Notes: generated from the sequence alone by a model not told the origin. Shown: positions 11,817 through 23,891, numbered from the stretch's first letter. The stretch is 64,000 bases of DNA from Octopus vulgaris (GCA_951406725.2 OX597824.1:71052001-71116000), one strand, 5' to 3'. Numbers and translations are program-made.

Positions 11817-12313
11817 GTGTGTATATATATATATATGTATATTTATATGTGTGTGTAATATATACAGATATGTATATGTATATATATGTGTGTGTGTAAT
11901 ATATACAGATATGTATATATATATATATATAAGTAATTTTAGAGACAGAACCACCTTTAACTCAATCAACACTGAAAGCTTTTATACCCGACCACTCCAT
12001 AAAAAGTTAAAAATTAAATCTTATACTAACTATATCTATTCTGAATCCTGTATTTTCCGTTTATAAGACTACACGTGTTTCATAAAAGTACGTCAGTATT
12101 GATTAGATACGAGGTATGTAGTTTCAATACAAATAATAAATACAAAATAAAAATAGGAACTGAATTTTTAAAAATTTAAGGAATAAAAAATAAAATTTTA
12201 AAAAATTTAAGGAGTGAGTGATTTTCATTTCAGTACATTTAATTTGAATGTTTTTTCCTGTGTACTTGGAAGTAATATTCCATAATAATAATAATAATAA
12301 TAATATATATATA

Positions 12314-12360
<47 letters not shown>

Positions 12361-12402
12361 TACATATATATAAACATGTATATATACATACATATATATG
12401 TG

Positions 12403-12454
<52 letters not shown>

Positions 12455-12482
12455 CATATATATATACATACATATATATGTG

Positions 12483-12558
<76 letters not shown>

Positions 12559-12566
12559 CATACATA

Positions 12567-12631
<65 letters not shown>

Positions 12632-12689
12632 ATATCATCATCATCATCATCATCATCGTTTAACGTCCGCTTTCCATGCTATATATATA

Positions 12690-12720
<31 letters not shown>

Positions 12721-12745
12721 ATATATATATACATATATATATGAA
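11760..12745. repeat. Compound (TA)n/(CA)n/(TAA)n/(CAT)n microsatellite blocks
   Basis: Directly visible. These produce the YIYI-type ORFs. Confidence 0.95.
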
Positions 12746-13229
12746 TAAATGATGATGATGATGTACATGTTTGTATATGCATTTGTATAGAAATGTATAC
12801 GTGTGTGTATGCACATACACACACACAAAATATGAATGCACTTATTCATAAACACATGCAGTCATGCAAATGTACATACTTACATATATATATAAGCACA
12901 CATTCCATTTCATACATTTAAAAAAAAAAACATTACATGTAAATAGTAAATTAATAAATATTCAACCTCTAATTAGAAATACAAGTTTCCTCCTCTGAAA
13001 TTTGACCAGTGAGAACAACAACAACAGCATTACAGCTGCATAGTCGGTACGTTTAGTGTCCCACTTCCAAACTGATTTAACAGATTTCAAGCATTTCTTG
13101 GTTTTGTTCACGTGTTTTATTTTTTGGTTTGATTTAAAAAATTTTTCTTTGTTCCTTACCATATTCCTGCACTCTAAATTCTCAAGTTTAGTGATTAAAC
13201 AGATGGTAAACATGTGTTTCTGTATGAAG

Positions 13230-13700
13230 ACAAATCTGGTTTGCCAGTCCTCCGTCAAATCGTCCAACCCATGCTAGCATGGAAAGCGGACGTTAAACAA
13301 TGAATAATAATAATAATAATAATAATCGTTTAATCGTCTGTTTAACGTCTGCTTTCCATGCTGGCATGGGTTTGACTGAGAACTGGCAAACCAGATGGCT
13401 GCACCAGGTTCCAATCTGATCTGGCAGAGTTTCTACAGCTGGATGCCTTTCCTAACACCAACCATTCCAAGAGTGTAGTGAGTGCTTTTTACGTGCCACT
13501 GGCATGAGGACCAGTCAGGCAGTACTGGCAACGGCCACACTCACATGGTGTTTTTTACATGCCACCTGCACAGGAGCCAGTCTAGCGGCACTGTCAACTT
13601 CCTCACTCAACTATTTTTTTCACGTGCCAGTAAGGCGATGCTGGTAACGATCACACTTGGATGGTGCTGTTAGCGCTCCACTAGCACGGATGCCAAGTCT
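13230..13700. mobile_element. Two RTE 3' tails in tail-to-tail inverted orientation around an (AAT)n run
   Basis: 13233-13300 (+) is the reverse complement of ~13340-13396. The minus copy extends to ~13700. Confidence 0.75.
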
Positions 13701-14496
13701 GCCACATTGGTAACATATGGGCTGTCTGAGCAGTGAAATGAATCACTTCAACAGAAAGAAAAAATGTCTGGCATATGCTTCTGTCTGTGAACTGAGGTAA
13801 GATGATAAATTATAATGGAGCATACATCACCTCTACCTTACCTTTCTAGAAAAGCTTCCTGTCAGCTCATTTGTTGAAGAGACTGAATGTCCTACTCTTA
13901 AGTTTGTACTTATCCACTTGGGAATCTGGCAACCCCAAACAGTTTACTCTGATTTTTGATTCAGTGACCAGCATGAAGTTCTATCCCAGATGCTGAGTTG
14001 CAAATCCACTGATTTATCCTGATTAAGGCATACTTCTGTTACCACCTTGTATTCCTTTCAGTACTCTTCGAACTCTCTCGATTTTTTTGTGATATCTGAT
14101 ACTGCTACGGTGACTTTATCCATGTATATTTACACAACCTTTTCACATTACCTTTTGAGCAGAATATTCAACACTACCTTCCTCAGTAGAGACAAATTAA
14201 ACGTACAGAAGGGAAAAGGGAGAATACTTCGGGCTAACTGAGCATATGGTTCAAAATGGTTTCAATAGGCAGCTCTTTAATTTTCTCAATGGTAAGATAG
14301 CTTACATTGAAGAGGAACAGGAAGAAAAGTTACTGTAGAGGAAGAGTTAGTCTATCAATATGTGGAATTTGAATGACGTATGCTAGTTAATAAAAAAAGT
14401 TATGCCTACTTTCACATTGCTTTCAAAACAACCCACTTTTGTGTGTGTGTGTGTGTGTGTACTTCATACACATAACTCAATTTGTCATATACTTAC

Positions 14497-14649
14497 TATG
14501 GTTTCTGTCGTCCTTTTCTTTAACACACCAGCCTCGGTTTGGAATGTTGTGTTTGTGGTTCTCTGGTGTAACAATGTGACATACATATCCGTCTGGACAC
14601 AAAAGAGGGTCTCCATCATCTAGTACCTTTGATGTGCTACAGGATTGGT
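14497..14649 (-). CDS. WFDC1: WFDC1-like exon 5: WFDC1-specific four-Cys module (153 nt, phase 1-1)
   Basis: Acceptor ctgttttgctatttag, donor |gtaagt. Translates (Y)QSCSTSKVLDDGDPLLCPDGYVCHIVTPENHKHNIPNRGWCVKEKDDRNH, closely matching the remembered human WFDC1 segment EACSTTEDGAEPLLCPSGYECHILSPGDVAEGIPNRGQCVKQ. Confidence 0.95.
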
Positions 14650-15556
14650 CTAAATAGCAAAACAGAAGCAGAGTAAATGAGAAAATCAGTTCAGAGCCTT
14701 GCTATAACTATATAAAATATACAGATATATAAAAAAGAAAAAGAATTTTAGAATGAGCAGCCATTAATAAATCAAATATTGAGCCAAAAATTCTTGGAAC
14801 AGAGAAAATGCACGAGTAACCAGAGTATTATATCTTTCAAAACATACTGGTTTCTACCATCTGCATTCACTCAACACTGAAAGATGTAAGACAGCTTCAT
14901 TCTTAAAAGCTTGGGCATTCCATTTTTGTGGCTTATCAACATCACATACCTGATATGAGGTGAGTTATCTCACCTGTCCGTGACTTTCAGGTGTTTTAAC
15001 ACCTGGCACTTTGAGAGAGTAGACTCCACCATGCCAAATTGTAGTCGACCAGCAAATACACAAAGCATATACATTAAGTATGTATGGTCGATAATGTTTA
15101 TTACACTAGCACTGCTTCTTCTTCATGTTTAAATTTATCCTTATGATGCATTGTTCAGGCATACCCACACATAGTTTTCATGCTATATGTATATAAGTCG
15201 CAGACTGCCGATATGATTCATCTTCGATCCTGTTCTGGTACATGATGTTGATAAGCCACAAAAATGGGAAAACATCGATGGCCATCACTCCTTAATGAGA
15301 TCTGGAGTGAGTTACCTCACCAGTCCTTGACTGGCTCTTTGAGAGAGAGTAGTCTCCACCATGCCATATCGCAGCCTGCCGGCAAATACACAGAGCTTAT
15401 ACGTTAAGTGTGTGTGTGTGTGTATTAGAGCATAGAAGAAGGAAACTAAAAACTCAAAGATATTTCATCTGGTGTTCTACCATCTCTACCACTCCTCCGT
15501 CTTCCTTATTAACATAAATGCTTATAATCATTGTCATTGTTTCCAGTATTACTTAC

Positions 15557-15598
15557 ATTGTTCTGGTGTTTCCGGGTCTCGTATCAACCAATATGGTG
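15557..15598 (-). CDS. WFDC1: WFDC1-like exon 4 (42 nt, phase 1-1)
   Basis: Acceptor aaatattttacag, donor |gtaagt. Translates (A)PYWLIRDPETPEQ, aligning with WFDC1 GWLLDGPEE. Confidence 0.88.
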
Positions 15599-15888
15599 CT
15601 GTAAAATATTTTTTGAAAATAATCTTTAATATAAGCTGAAACTTTCAGTCAATACATAGCAATTTATTAATTACTTACCTCCAGTTGTGAGAGATAACCA
15701 GCAGGTTGTCATCCTAATCATATGGCTAAGAAAATTTTAGTTCTGATGTACAGTTTTCTCTCTCTACATTTTTCAATTACAAACATCTCTGTCTCTCAGA
15801 GCTGACTGTTCTTGTATTTTCTCCACACATGCTCTCTCATTCACCTAGCAGCTATATCCTGAGTACAGATAAGTTGAAAACTTATTTT

Positions 15889-16577
15889 CACTTCTCGAAG
15901 TCCTCGCTCTCTCGTCTATCAACCTTTTTCACTTCTCGAAGTCCTCGCTCTCTCGTCTATCAACCTTTTTCACTTCTCGAAGCCCTCGCTCTCTCGTCTA
16001 TCAACCTTCGCGTATTCGCGGTGCACCCGCCCTTGCCCACCCCCACCACCAATACCGGATATCTCTATATTTTTGCTCCATCTATACCGGATGTCGCTTC
16101 TCCCACCACCATTATAGGTGTCTACTCTTCGAACCCTCCTCTTCAATACGCTATTTCACCATGCATTACCCCTCTCGTGATATCCTACGTTCTACTTGTC
16201 TAGAACCTGTCATCGTTTCTCCGAACACCCCTCCCCACTGGTGCTCCCCTATATTTCTGCACCCCCCCCACATAAAAAGCACCATCCGAACGTGGCCGAT
16301 GCCAGCACCGCCCCGACTGGCTTCTGTGCAGGTGGCACATAAAAAGCACCAACCGACCGTGGCCGATGCCAGACCCCTCTGGCACCTGTGCAGGTGGCAC
16401 GTAAAAAGCACCCACTACACTCGCGGAGTGGTTGGCGTTAGGAAGGGCATCCAGCTGTAGAAACACTGCCAGACCAGACTAGAGCCTGGGGCAGCCCCTG
16501 GCTCCCCAGACCCGGTCGAAACCGTCCAACCCGTGCTAGCGCGGAAAACGGACGTTAAACGATGATGATGATGATGA
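15889..16577 (+). mobile_element. Young 5'-truncated RTE 3' region starting with three ~39-bp tandem repeats
   Basis: cacttctcgaagtcctcgctctctcgtctatcaacctt x3, a CpG-rich body, the standard RTE tail and (GAT)n. Confidence 0.75.
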
Positions 16578-16949
16578 AGCACTTCTAACCCACTCAACTT
16601 TCTATCTCTCATCATCTTTCTTGCATCTACCCTTCAGCCTCATATTCCTCTGCCTTGCACTCGCTACTGTGTCCAGAACATCGCCCCTGCCTCTGGAGTA
16701 TTTTCCTGTTGATGTCACCCTGGAGACGTTAACCTTCATCTGTCTAAAGGGAACATGAACAGCATGAGAGTTTGCAAAGGTCATGAGCACAGCCCCTTCC
16801 TCCAGATTCAAGCAGTGAAAAAATAAAATATTTTTTGAACTCTGCGTTAATTTCAGGTGTCATGAGTTCATTTCTCATCATCTCCAGATGAGTCGATTGA
16901 CTGTACTTCCATACTTAACTAACTTAGCAGTCAAACAAATCTTTCATCT

Positions 16950-17270
16950 TTCACTTGTTTCAGTCATTGGACTGCAGCCATCTTTGGGGAGGGTTTTAGT
17001 CAAATCAACTCCAGAACTTATTTCGTTAAAGTCCCGCACTTATTCTATCATTCTGTTTTACCGAACCGCTAATGTATGGGGGAAGCAAACACACACACAC
17101 ACACATACAACAGGCTTCTTTCAGTTTGATCTTCCAGGTCTACTCACAAAGCTTTGGTCAGCCCAGAGCTATAGTAGAAAACACTTGCCCAAGGTACCAT
17201 GCAGTGGGATTGAACCTGAAGTCATGTAGATGAAAAGCAAATTTTTTACCACACAGCCATGCCTGCACCT
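16950..17270 (-). mobile_element. Degenerate SINE family B copy
   Basis: Recognisable tail, microsatellite and head blocks. Confidence 0.75.
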
Positions 17271-18285
17271 ATTTGTGAACAGCAAAAGAAAAAAGCCACT
17301 GAGAGAGAGCCTACTCAATTGTTTGTTATGCTCCAACCATGGCTGTGTGGTTAAGAAGTTTACCTCATAACAACCGTGTAATTTTGGGTTCAATTCTACT
17401 GTGTTAAACTTTGGGCAATTGTCTTTTACAATGTGGGATACAGTAAAATATAAAATGATGTGGAGAAGACACGTCTTACTCAACAAGGTAAAACTGTAAA
17501 ACTGACAAGTGGCTTCTTAGCTCACAATGCTTTTCACGAGGAATGGTACCCACGAAAGATTGACATGTTATCAAAAGAGAGGAGATATATTTGTCCTTTA
17601 GAACAGATACAAGAAGCACCCAGCAACTTTACAGTGCTGCCATTGCTTACAGCAGCGAGCTGTATCAACACCTTGTTACATCAGCTATTTATAGCTAAGA
17701 TGAATTGAATCGTTGAGACAGGGCAATGTAAATGTCTAAGAGCCATCCATAGGACTTACTGTTGTTTAGCCCCAGGTTAGCCAAGACCATCGTGATCATC
17801 ACTTATGGCATGTGTGCATGTGTGTGTGTGTGTGTGTATACATATATATACTAGCTGAATGGCCTGTTGTTGCTGGGCAATTTTTACAATAGAATGTCTT
17901 ATATAAATTTTTGTTTATTCCATGTCAGTCAAAATTGTGTAACCCAGCCTAGTTGCTGAGGTTATTTTAGTTATAAAAAAGAGTTGCTGGGTCAAAAATA
18001 TAGTTTATTTGGTAGACAGATAATAAGCAGCTTTCTTTATTATAATACACATGTGACTAATTCAGAGAAACATTTCTTTCATTATTTACACATCGTCATT
18101 CTTGTAATGCAACACTTTGTAATTTTGGTTCAAATTGAAAGTGTGAAACTATTTTCATTTTCTAATGAAACCTGGTCATTGTAGAGAAGTCTATTTGAAA
18201 TAACTATAGCTGGTTGTTGAGATAACCTAGAAAATATGTAAAATAAAGTTTATTTGACATGTGTAATTGATTTAATTGTTCTGGA

Positions 18286-18932
18286 AGGCGGCGAACTGGC
18301 AGAATCGTTAGCATGCCGGGCAAAATGCTTGAGCTGTATTTTGCCTGTCTTTACGTTTTGAGTTCAAATGCCGCTGAGGTCAACTTTGCCTTTCATCCTT
18401 TTGGGGCCGATAAATTAACTAACAGTGAGACACTGGGGTCGATGTAATCAACTGGTCCCCTCCCCCAAAATTTTCAGGACTTGTGCCTATACTAGAAAGG
18501 ATTTGATTGTTCTGGTCTTAACATCAGTTGGTAAGAATAGAAGTTATTTGACGACACCCTTTTGTTTGTAATTGGCTATCCTGTTGCAGGTTCAATCTGA
18601 GGAATATTGAAATAATGCCCATCTTGTTCATTCCACAGAATAAGGTTATACTGGAGAACATCTATTTCTTTTTCCATCACTATATTTTCTACTTGTTTTT
18701 AATATCTCTGTACAAATAAGGCGGCGAGCTGACAAAACGTTAGCATGCCAGCCATAATGCTTAACGGCATTTTGTCCATCTTTACGTTCTGGGTTCAAAT
18801 TCCGCCGAGATCTGCTTTGCCTTTCACCTTTTCGGCATCGATAACATAAGTACTAGTTGAGCTCTAGGGTCGACTTAATTGACTTACCCACTCTGCCGAA
18901 ATTGCTGGCCTTGTGCTAAATTTTGAAACCAA
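18286..18932 (+). mobile_element. Two SINE-A-related copies (18286-18501, 18718-18932) with alternative tails
   Basis: Both have aggcggcga(a/g)ctg heads, a B-box and the central domain. The tails end in ccttgtgc.. variants. Confidence 0.8.
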
Positions 18933-19013
18933 TCCCTCCCTACTTTTCATTAATTATCAGCTCGCAATAATAATCATAATGCAATTCTCATAATTGTTTC
19001 TTGACCCATTCTC

Positions 19014-19065
<52 letters not shown>

Positions 19066-19112
19066 AGCGAGAGAGAGAGAGAGACTGTCTGTCTACCTGT
19101 GTCTCCATCAAT

Positions 19113-19625
19113 TACCATAAATCCTCGAGTATAGTCAGCCCGTGAGTATAATACACAGGGGATTTTTAGGGGGCTGTACCTCTGAAAAACTTAAACCTTG
19201 TGTATAATACGCACCCCTTCTCTAACTTGAGTCATGGAGGTCTATATAACGTCCTTGGTTTGTAAAAATGTATACAGTAACGTACTTTATTATTATTGTA
19301 TATATAACATAATGCAAACGTGTAGCCTTTTTGTGCATTTTGTTTGCAGAAAATAAATAAATAATAGTAATAACGTTTAATAAATGTTGCTTATTGCAAG
19401 TTATGGATGATTCTTTTATGACTTCATTGCTTTCAGGCTTAGCTTAAGGTATTTTCGCGCCCGACATCACAAAATGTGTCTGAATAAACATAGCCGGACA
19501 GCAAATAGAGACTTGGACATTGCTAAGAAAATATCTTTCATTTTTAACCTCGTATATAGTACGCACTAGGGATTTTGACCTTTAAATTTTGGGAAAAAAT
19601 TCGGATTATACTCAAGGACTTACGC
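19113..19625. mobile_element. pogo/Tigger-like MITE
   Basis: Imperfect TIRs (cataaatcctcgagtatagtc / gattatactcaaggacttacg) and internal gtataatacgca subrepeats. Confidence 0.6.
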
Positions 19626-19654
19626 CACCAAGAAAATGAAAAATGGTGTTTTAC

Positions 19655-19696
19655 CTGACTTCACAATCCTCCGCGGAGCTACACGCCAATCAATCA
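19655..19696 (-). CDS. WFDC1: WFDC1-like exon 3 (42 nt, phase 1-1)
   Basis: Acceptor aatatttttacag, donor CAG|gtaaaa. Translates (L)IDWRVAPRRIVKS, aligning with the VLDWLVQPKPRW segment that follows the WAP domain in WFDC1. Confidence 0.88.
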
Positions 19697-19840
19697 CTGT
19701 AAAAATATTGTAAAACTCATGTTAAAATATTACAGTAGTAGTAGTAGTAGTAGTTAGTAGTAGTAGTAGTAGTAGTTGTTATTGTTTGTAATAGATATAA
19801 AAAGAGAAATAGATTAAGAGATAGGGATATAAATAGATAG

Positions 19841-20107
19841 TACTGGAACTCCGTCGGTCACGACGACGAGGGTTCCAATTGACCCGACCAACGGAACAGC
19901 CTGCTCGTGAATTACCGTGCAAGTGACTGAGCACTCCACAGACATACGTACCCTTAACGTAGTTCTCAAAGAAATTCAGCGCGACACAGAATGCGACAAG
20001 GCTGGCCCTTGCTTTGAAATGCAGGCAACGTGTAGTCGCCGGGAATCGAACTCAAGACCTTACGATCGTGAGTCGAATATCCCTAACCACTAAGCCACGC
20101 GCCTTCA
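19841..20107 (-). mobile_element. tRNA-derived SINE family C (head gtgaaggcgcgtggcttagtggttaggg...gagttcgattccc)
   Basis: Clear A and B boxes on the minus strand. Related copies lie at 25.9-26.2 kb and 43.7-44.0 kb. Confidence 0.82.
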
Positions 20108-20152
20108 CAAAATAGATAGTGAGAGATGTACAGCCAGATAGACAGACGGACG

Positions 20153-20188
<36 letters not shown>

Positions 20189-20189
20189 T

Positions 20190-20274
<85 letters not shown>

Positions 20275-20829
20275 GACAGGGGGATATCAAAGCGATAGAG
20301 AGGGATAAAGATATAGAATTGAAGGAAGAGATGAAGAGAGGTACTTATAAAAAATGGTGGTGGTGGTGACTAGAGCGGGTTTTGCCGCTATGTCTATTGG
20401 CTATAGCTACAACAATCGCCGCCGCTCTTCAGAACCCGCTATGTTACATACAACCGCCCACCAGGTCCCTCAACACATCCATCTCTCCTTTCATCCCATA
20501 CAGTGTCTGTCCCACCTTCTTTCCGGCCACGCACTAATCAATATACTTAATTCTCCCTCCTTAGAACATATGCCCTCTAGAATTTCCTATTACCGCCCAT
20601 GTTTTCGCCCCTTTCTTATTTCTTTATTCATTTTCCTATCTTTTATTATTTTTCTAATCCAGCAGATGTCGATTTACAGATGTTAAAGAGTAACATCAAC
20701 CATATCAATGCTATCAGTGTTGAGGGGACCTGTGAAGAATCATTCATACCCACTGCCCCCATTTCATTCTAAGCCTTAAAAAGAAAAAGAAATGTTACAT
20801 TTCGTTCTTTTACACTCGTTTTGAAACAT

Positions 20830-21395
20830 TCTTGTTATAAAATCGTTTGTTCAGAGTGTGCTGTTTTTGGGGAGGATTATAAGAAACATGCACACATAGG
20901 TTCTATTTCATTTCGGTGCCTAGTAGTGCTATTTTCTGTATGTTATATACATTTGTAAGTCCTGGTGTTTTGGTTATGTATTTGTCTGAATGTTTTTTAA
21001 TCATACCTTGCACCTACTATTATAGGAATTTTTTCTGCTTTTGAGCTCCACATTCGAGTTACCTCTATTTCCAGACTTTGTATTTTGAAAGTTTCTCCAT
21101 TTCTTTTAGAGACATTGTCATCTGTTGGTATTGATACATCGATTAGAAGACATTTTTTTTCTTGGTGATCTCTGGCAACTATATCCAGTCTATTAGCCTT
21201 GATTTCTCTGTGTGTATTGGCATATCTCAGAGTATGGTTGCTTTCTCATTTTCTGAGACCTTTTCTGGGGTGTACCTATACCATCTTTTTTTCTGTTGTC
21301 ATTCCATAGTGTTGGCATAGTTTCCAGTGTATATAGGTCCCAACTCTATCATGTCTGTGAATATATTCCTCCTTAGCCAGGACCGAGCAGCTCAC
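20830..21395 (-). mobile_element. R4/Dong-like non-LTR retrotransposon 3' fragment (restriction-like endonuclease domain)
   Basis: Reads CSVLAKEEYIHRHDRVGTYIHWKLCQHYG...KANRLDIVARDHQEKKCLLIDVSIPTDDNVS..KLSKY with frameshifts, i.e. the RHD / (P)D..D / K..KY motifs of REL endonucleases. Confidence 0.82.
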
Positions 21396-21602
21396 CTCAT
21401 TCCCACCTCCCTCAAGCTGCCCTTGTGAAAAAAAAAAAAAGTAATTATTATCATTGTTATTATTATTAGTAGTAGTAGTAGTAGTATTAAGGCGGTGAGC
21501 TGGCAGAATTGTTAGCACGACGGACGAAATGCTCAGCAGCATTTCGTCCGTCTTTACGTTAAGGCGGCGAAATTGTAATGTAAAGCGAAGGAAAGAAAGA
21601 TG

Positions 21603-21637
21603 GCTTAACGTTTCGAGCAACGCTCCTCTTCAGAAAC
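21603..21637 (-). ncRNA. Minimal type-I hammerhead ribozyme motif in a Penelope-like repeat fragment
   Basis: Minus strand GUUU-CUGAAGA-G-GAGC(GUU)GCUC-GAA-ACGU-U-AAGC: intact core, 4-bp stem II, palindromic stem III and stem I GUUU/AAGC. Confidence 0.65.
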
Positions 21638-21742
21638 AGAGGAAAGTCCAGTAGAAAGGAAGACGGAGGAAGAAAATCGCCAACGATTCACTGTGGTTAC
21701 ATTTTGAAATACAGACACACATACACACACACAAACACACAC

Positions 21743-21788
<46 letters not shown>

Positions 21789-21947
21789 CCGGAGTAAACA
21801 CATAAATGTGAAGCAAGGTGTAAAAAAGAGTACTCAAATACCAGAGGTAGAGTAATATGCTTTATTTAAAGCAGCAGAAAATTCAACAAAACGTGTTACT
21901 CTGAGTTTCCCGTTGCCGTTCATCGGACAGTTTTTTCTAGCAAAAGT

Positions 21948-22735
21948 ATACGGACTGTGGCCGTACTAACGAAGCTAAACACACAAAGTGAAGCTGCTTG
22001 GCACAGATTGACCTTGTACTCTGCTGTGCATGTGCACTAAGTTTTAACGTTGTAGCTCACTTCCGCTGTTTACAGCACTGCTCCGAAGGAAAGTGTGTAG
22101 CGTGTGATCGTCGCATTGACAATGACAGAGAAAGTTGAGCAGAGAATCTGCATCAAATTTTGTCAAAAGCTTGGCGATACCTGCTCAGAGGCCTACGCAA
22201 AGTTACCAAAAATTTTTCATCGTTCTCCACAATGAAGGATATCTTGTGCAACTCAAACCTAAGAGTCCTTTTGGTCAGCTGAAAGCAGTTTTGGCACAAA
22301 CTTGGCAGCACGCGTCTCATGTCCAAATATTTAGTGATAATGGACCAAACTGAACCGTAACTAATCTGCACATTCTCTGGCTGGTTGCGGGTCTCCCAGA
22401 ACGTTCATCAATATCGACATTTTTCGGCCATCTTGGAAACGTACACTTGTGTGCGGCTCATACACTCCTCTCCATACACTTTCTGCAACTCTGCGTAGAC
22501 CTCTGAGCAGGTATCGCCATGACAACTTTCTCTGCCATGGTCAATGCGACAACGGTCACACGCTATACACTTTCCTTCGAAGCACTGTTGTAAACGGTGG
22601 AAATGAGCTAGAATGTTAAAACTTAATGCACATATACAGCAGAAATCAAGGTCAAACTCTTCCGAGCGGTTTCACTCTGCGTGCTTTAGCGTCGTCACTA
22701 TGGCAACAGTCCGGATACTTATTGATCATACCCTT
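21948..22735. mobile_element. mariner-derived fold-back element made of two inverted 5' ends
   Basis: The + arm encodes MTEKVEQRICIKFCQKLGDTCSEAYAKL (mariner transposase N-terminal HTH). The same 5'UTR and start are present inverted at ~22500-22720, and the minus arm continues into a decayed RSGRP / KFVPKLL region. Confidence 0.8.
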
Positions 22736-22747
22736 TTAAATATATAC

Positions 22748-22818
<71 letters not shown>

Positions 22819-22819
22819 T

Positions 22820-23096
22820 ACTAGATTAGACTACCCGTAACCCATTGGGTCATCAGGATTAAGTTGTTTTCGGAATATTTCCCATTATGCACAGTTTTGG
22901 GGTATTTATACCCTGAAAACCCCTAATATCTCAAAAACCACTTGACGGATTTACGCGAAACTTGTTTCATTCCGTTCATATTAACATTAAAGGGGTACCT
23001 TTATTCATAGTATTTTCCCACTATGCGCCAGTTTGGCAGAGTAACATTGCAAGCAAGCAAGGTTCAATCTGACTTTTCATGTATTATATATATATA
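22820..23096 (-). mobile_element. Non-autonomous Helitron-like element
   Basis: Begins a|ctag on + (3' CTAG end on minus) with a short GC-rich subterminal segment, and ends in a (TA)-rich 5' end. Confidence 0.45.
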
Positions 23097-23168
23097 TTTT
23101 TTTTATATAATTATAAACATAATTATAATTAGGGGTCAGCTAATTTAATCAATTTTACCCTTTTATTA

Positions 23169-23234
<66 letters not shown>

Positions 23235-23858
23235 TGTTTTATGTGTTTATATGATCCAAGGATCGAGGTGTAGGAGGAAAGTTAGCTTCAAGCAATCCAT
23301 AGTAAATATTAAAAAAACAACTTTCAGGGAAATAGTGGTTTATTGAGACGGAAAGTTGTGTTTTTTTCTTATCGAAGTACGATAAATTGAAAAAAAAGTT
23401 CTTTTTATATTTCAGAGTAGGCAATCAGGTTTGTCGCGGATGCGAATAAGAATACAAGAGTTATGTAATGGAGTTGATAAGATCCAGGTTACATATGTTT
23501 CATGGCGAGCGGAACTTCGAAAGTGGTAAATATCCAGGCGAGATGTATACTGCAAGCTACTTTTTAGGCCAAGGATATCTTGATTAAATATAAATATTCA
23601 TGTGTGCATATATATATATATATATGTATGTGAGTGTGTGCGTGTATGTGTGTGTGTGGGGGGGAGGGCGTGTGTGTATGTGTATGTATGTATGTATGTA
23701 TGTATGTATGTATGTATGTATGTATGTATGTATATATGTGTGTGTGTGTCTGTAAACTTTCATTTAATGATGATAGCTTTGGCCTGAAGAGTAACCTGCG
23801 GTACACACCTCGCTTGGATATTTACCACTTCCAAGGTTCTGATCCATTCTTTAATTCT

Positions 23859-23891
<33 letters not shown>

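Noticed and set aside
11693-12841. Long ORFs such as [10 protein letters not shown] and VCVC here and at 27-28, 52, 56 and 63 kb
   Set aside because: Translations of stop-free di- and tetranucleotide microsatellites, with no coding signal.
13160-13219. Minus-strand 60-nt AG..GTAAGG segment between exons 5 and 6
   Set aside because: In the phase required by exon 5 it contains a stop, and its only open frame is incompatible with the neighbouring exons.
9860-13797. Plus-strand exon-like segments (9860-9889, 11612-11695, 13755-13797)
   Set aside because: Splice-like ends exist, but I could not assemble a coherent or recognisable reading frame. They may be chance matches, though relevant if an antisense gene is found.
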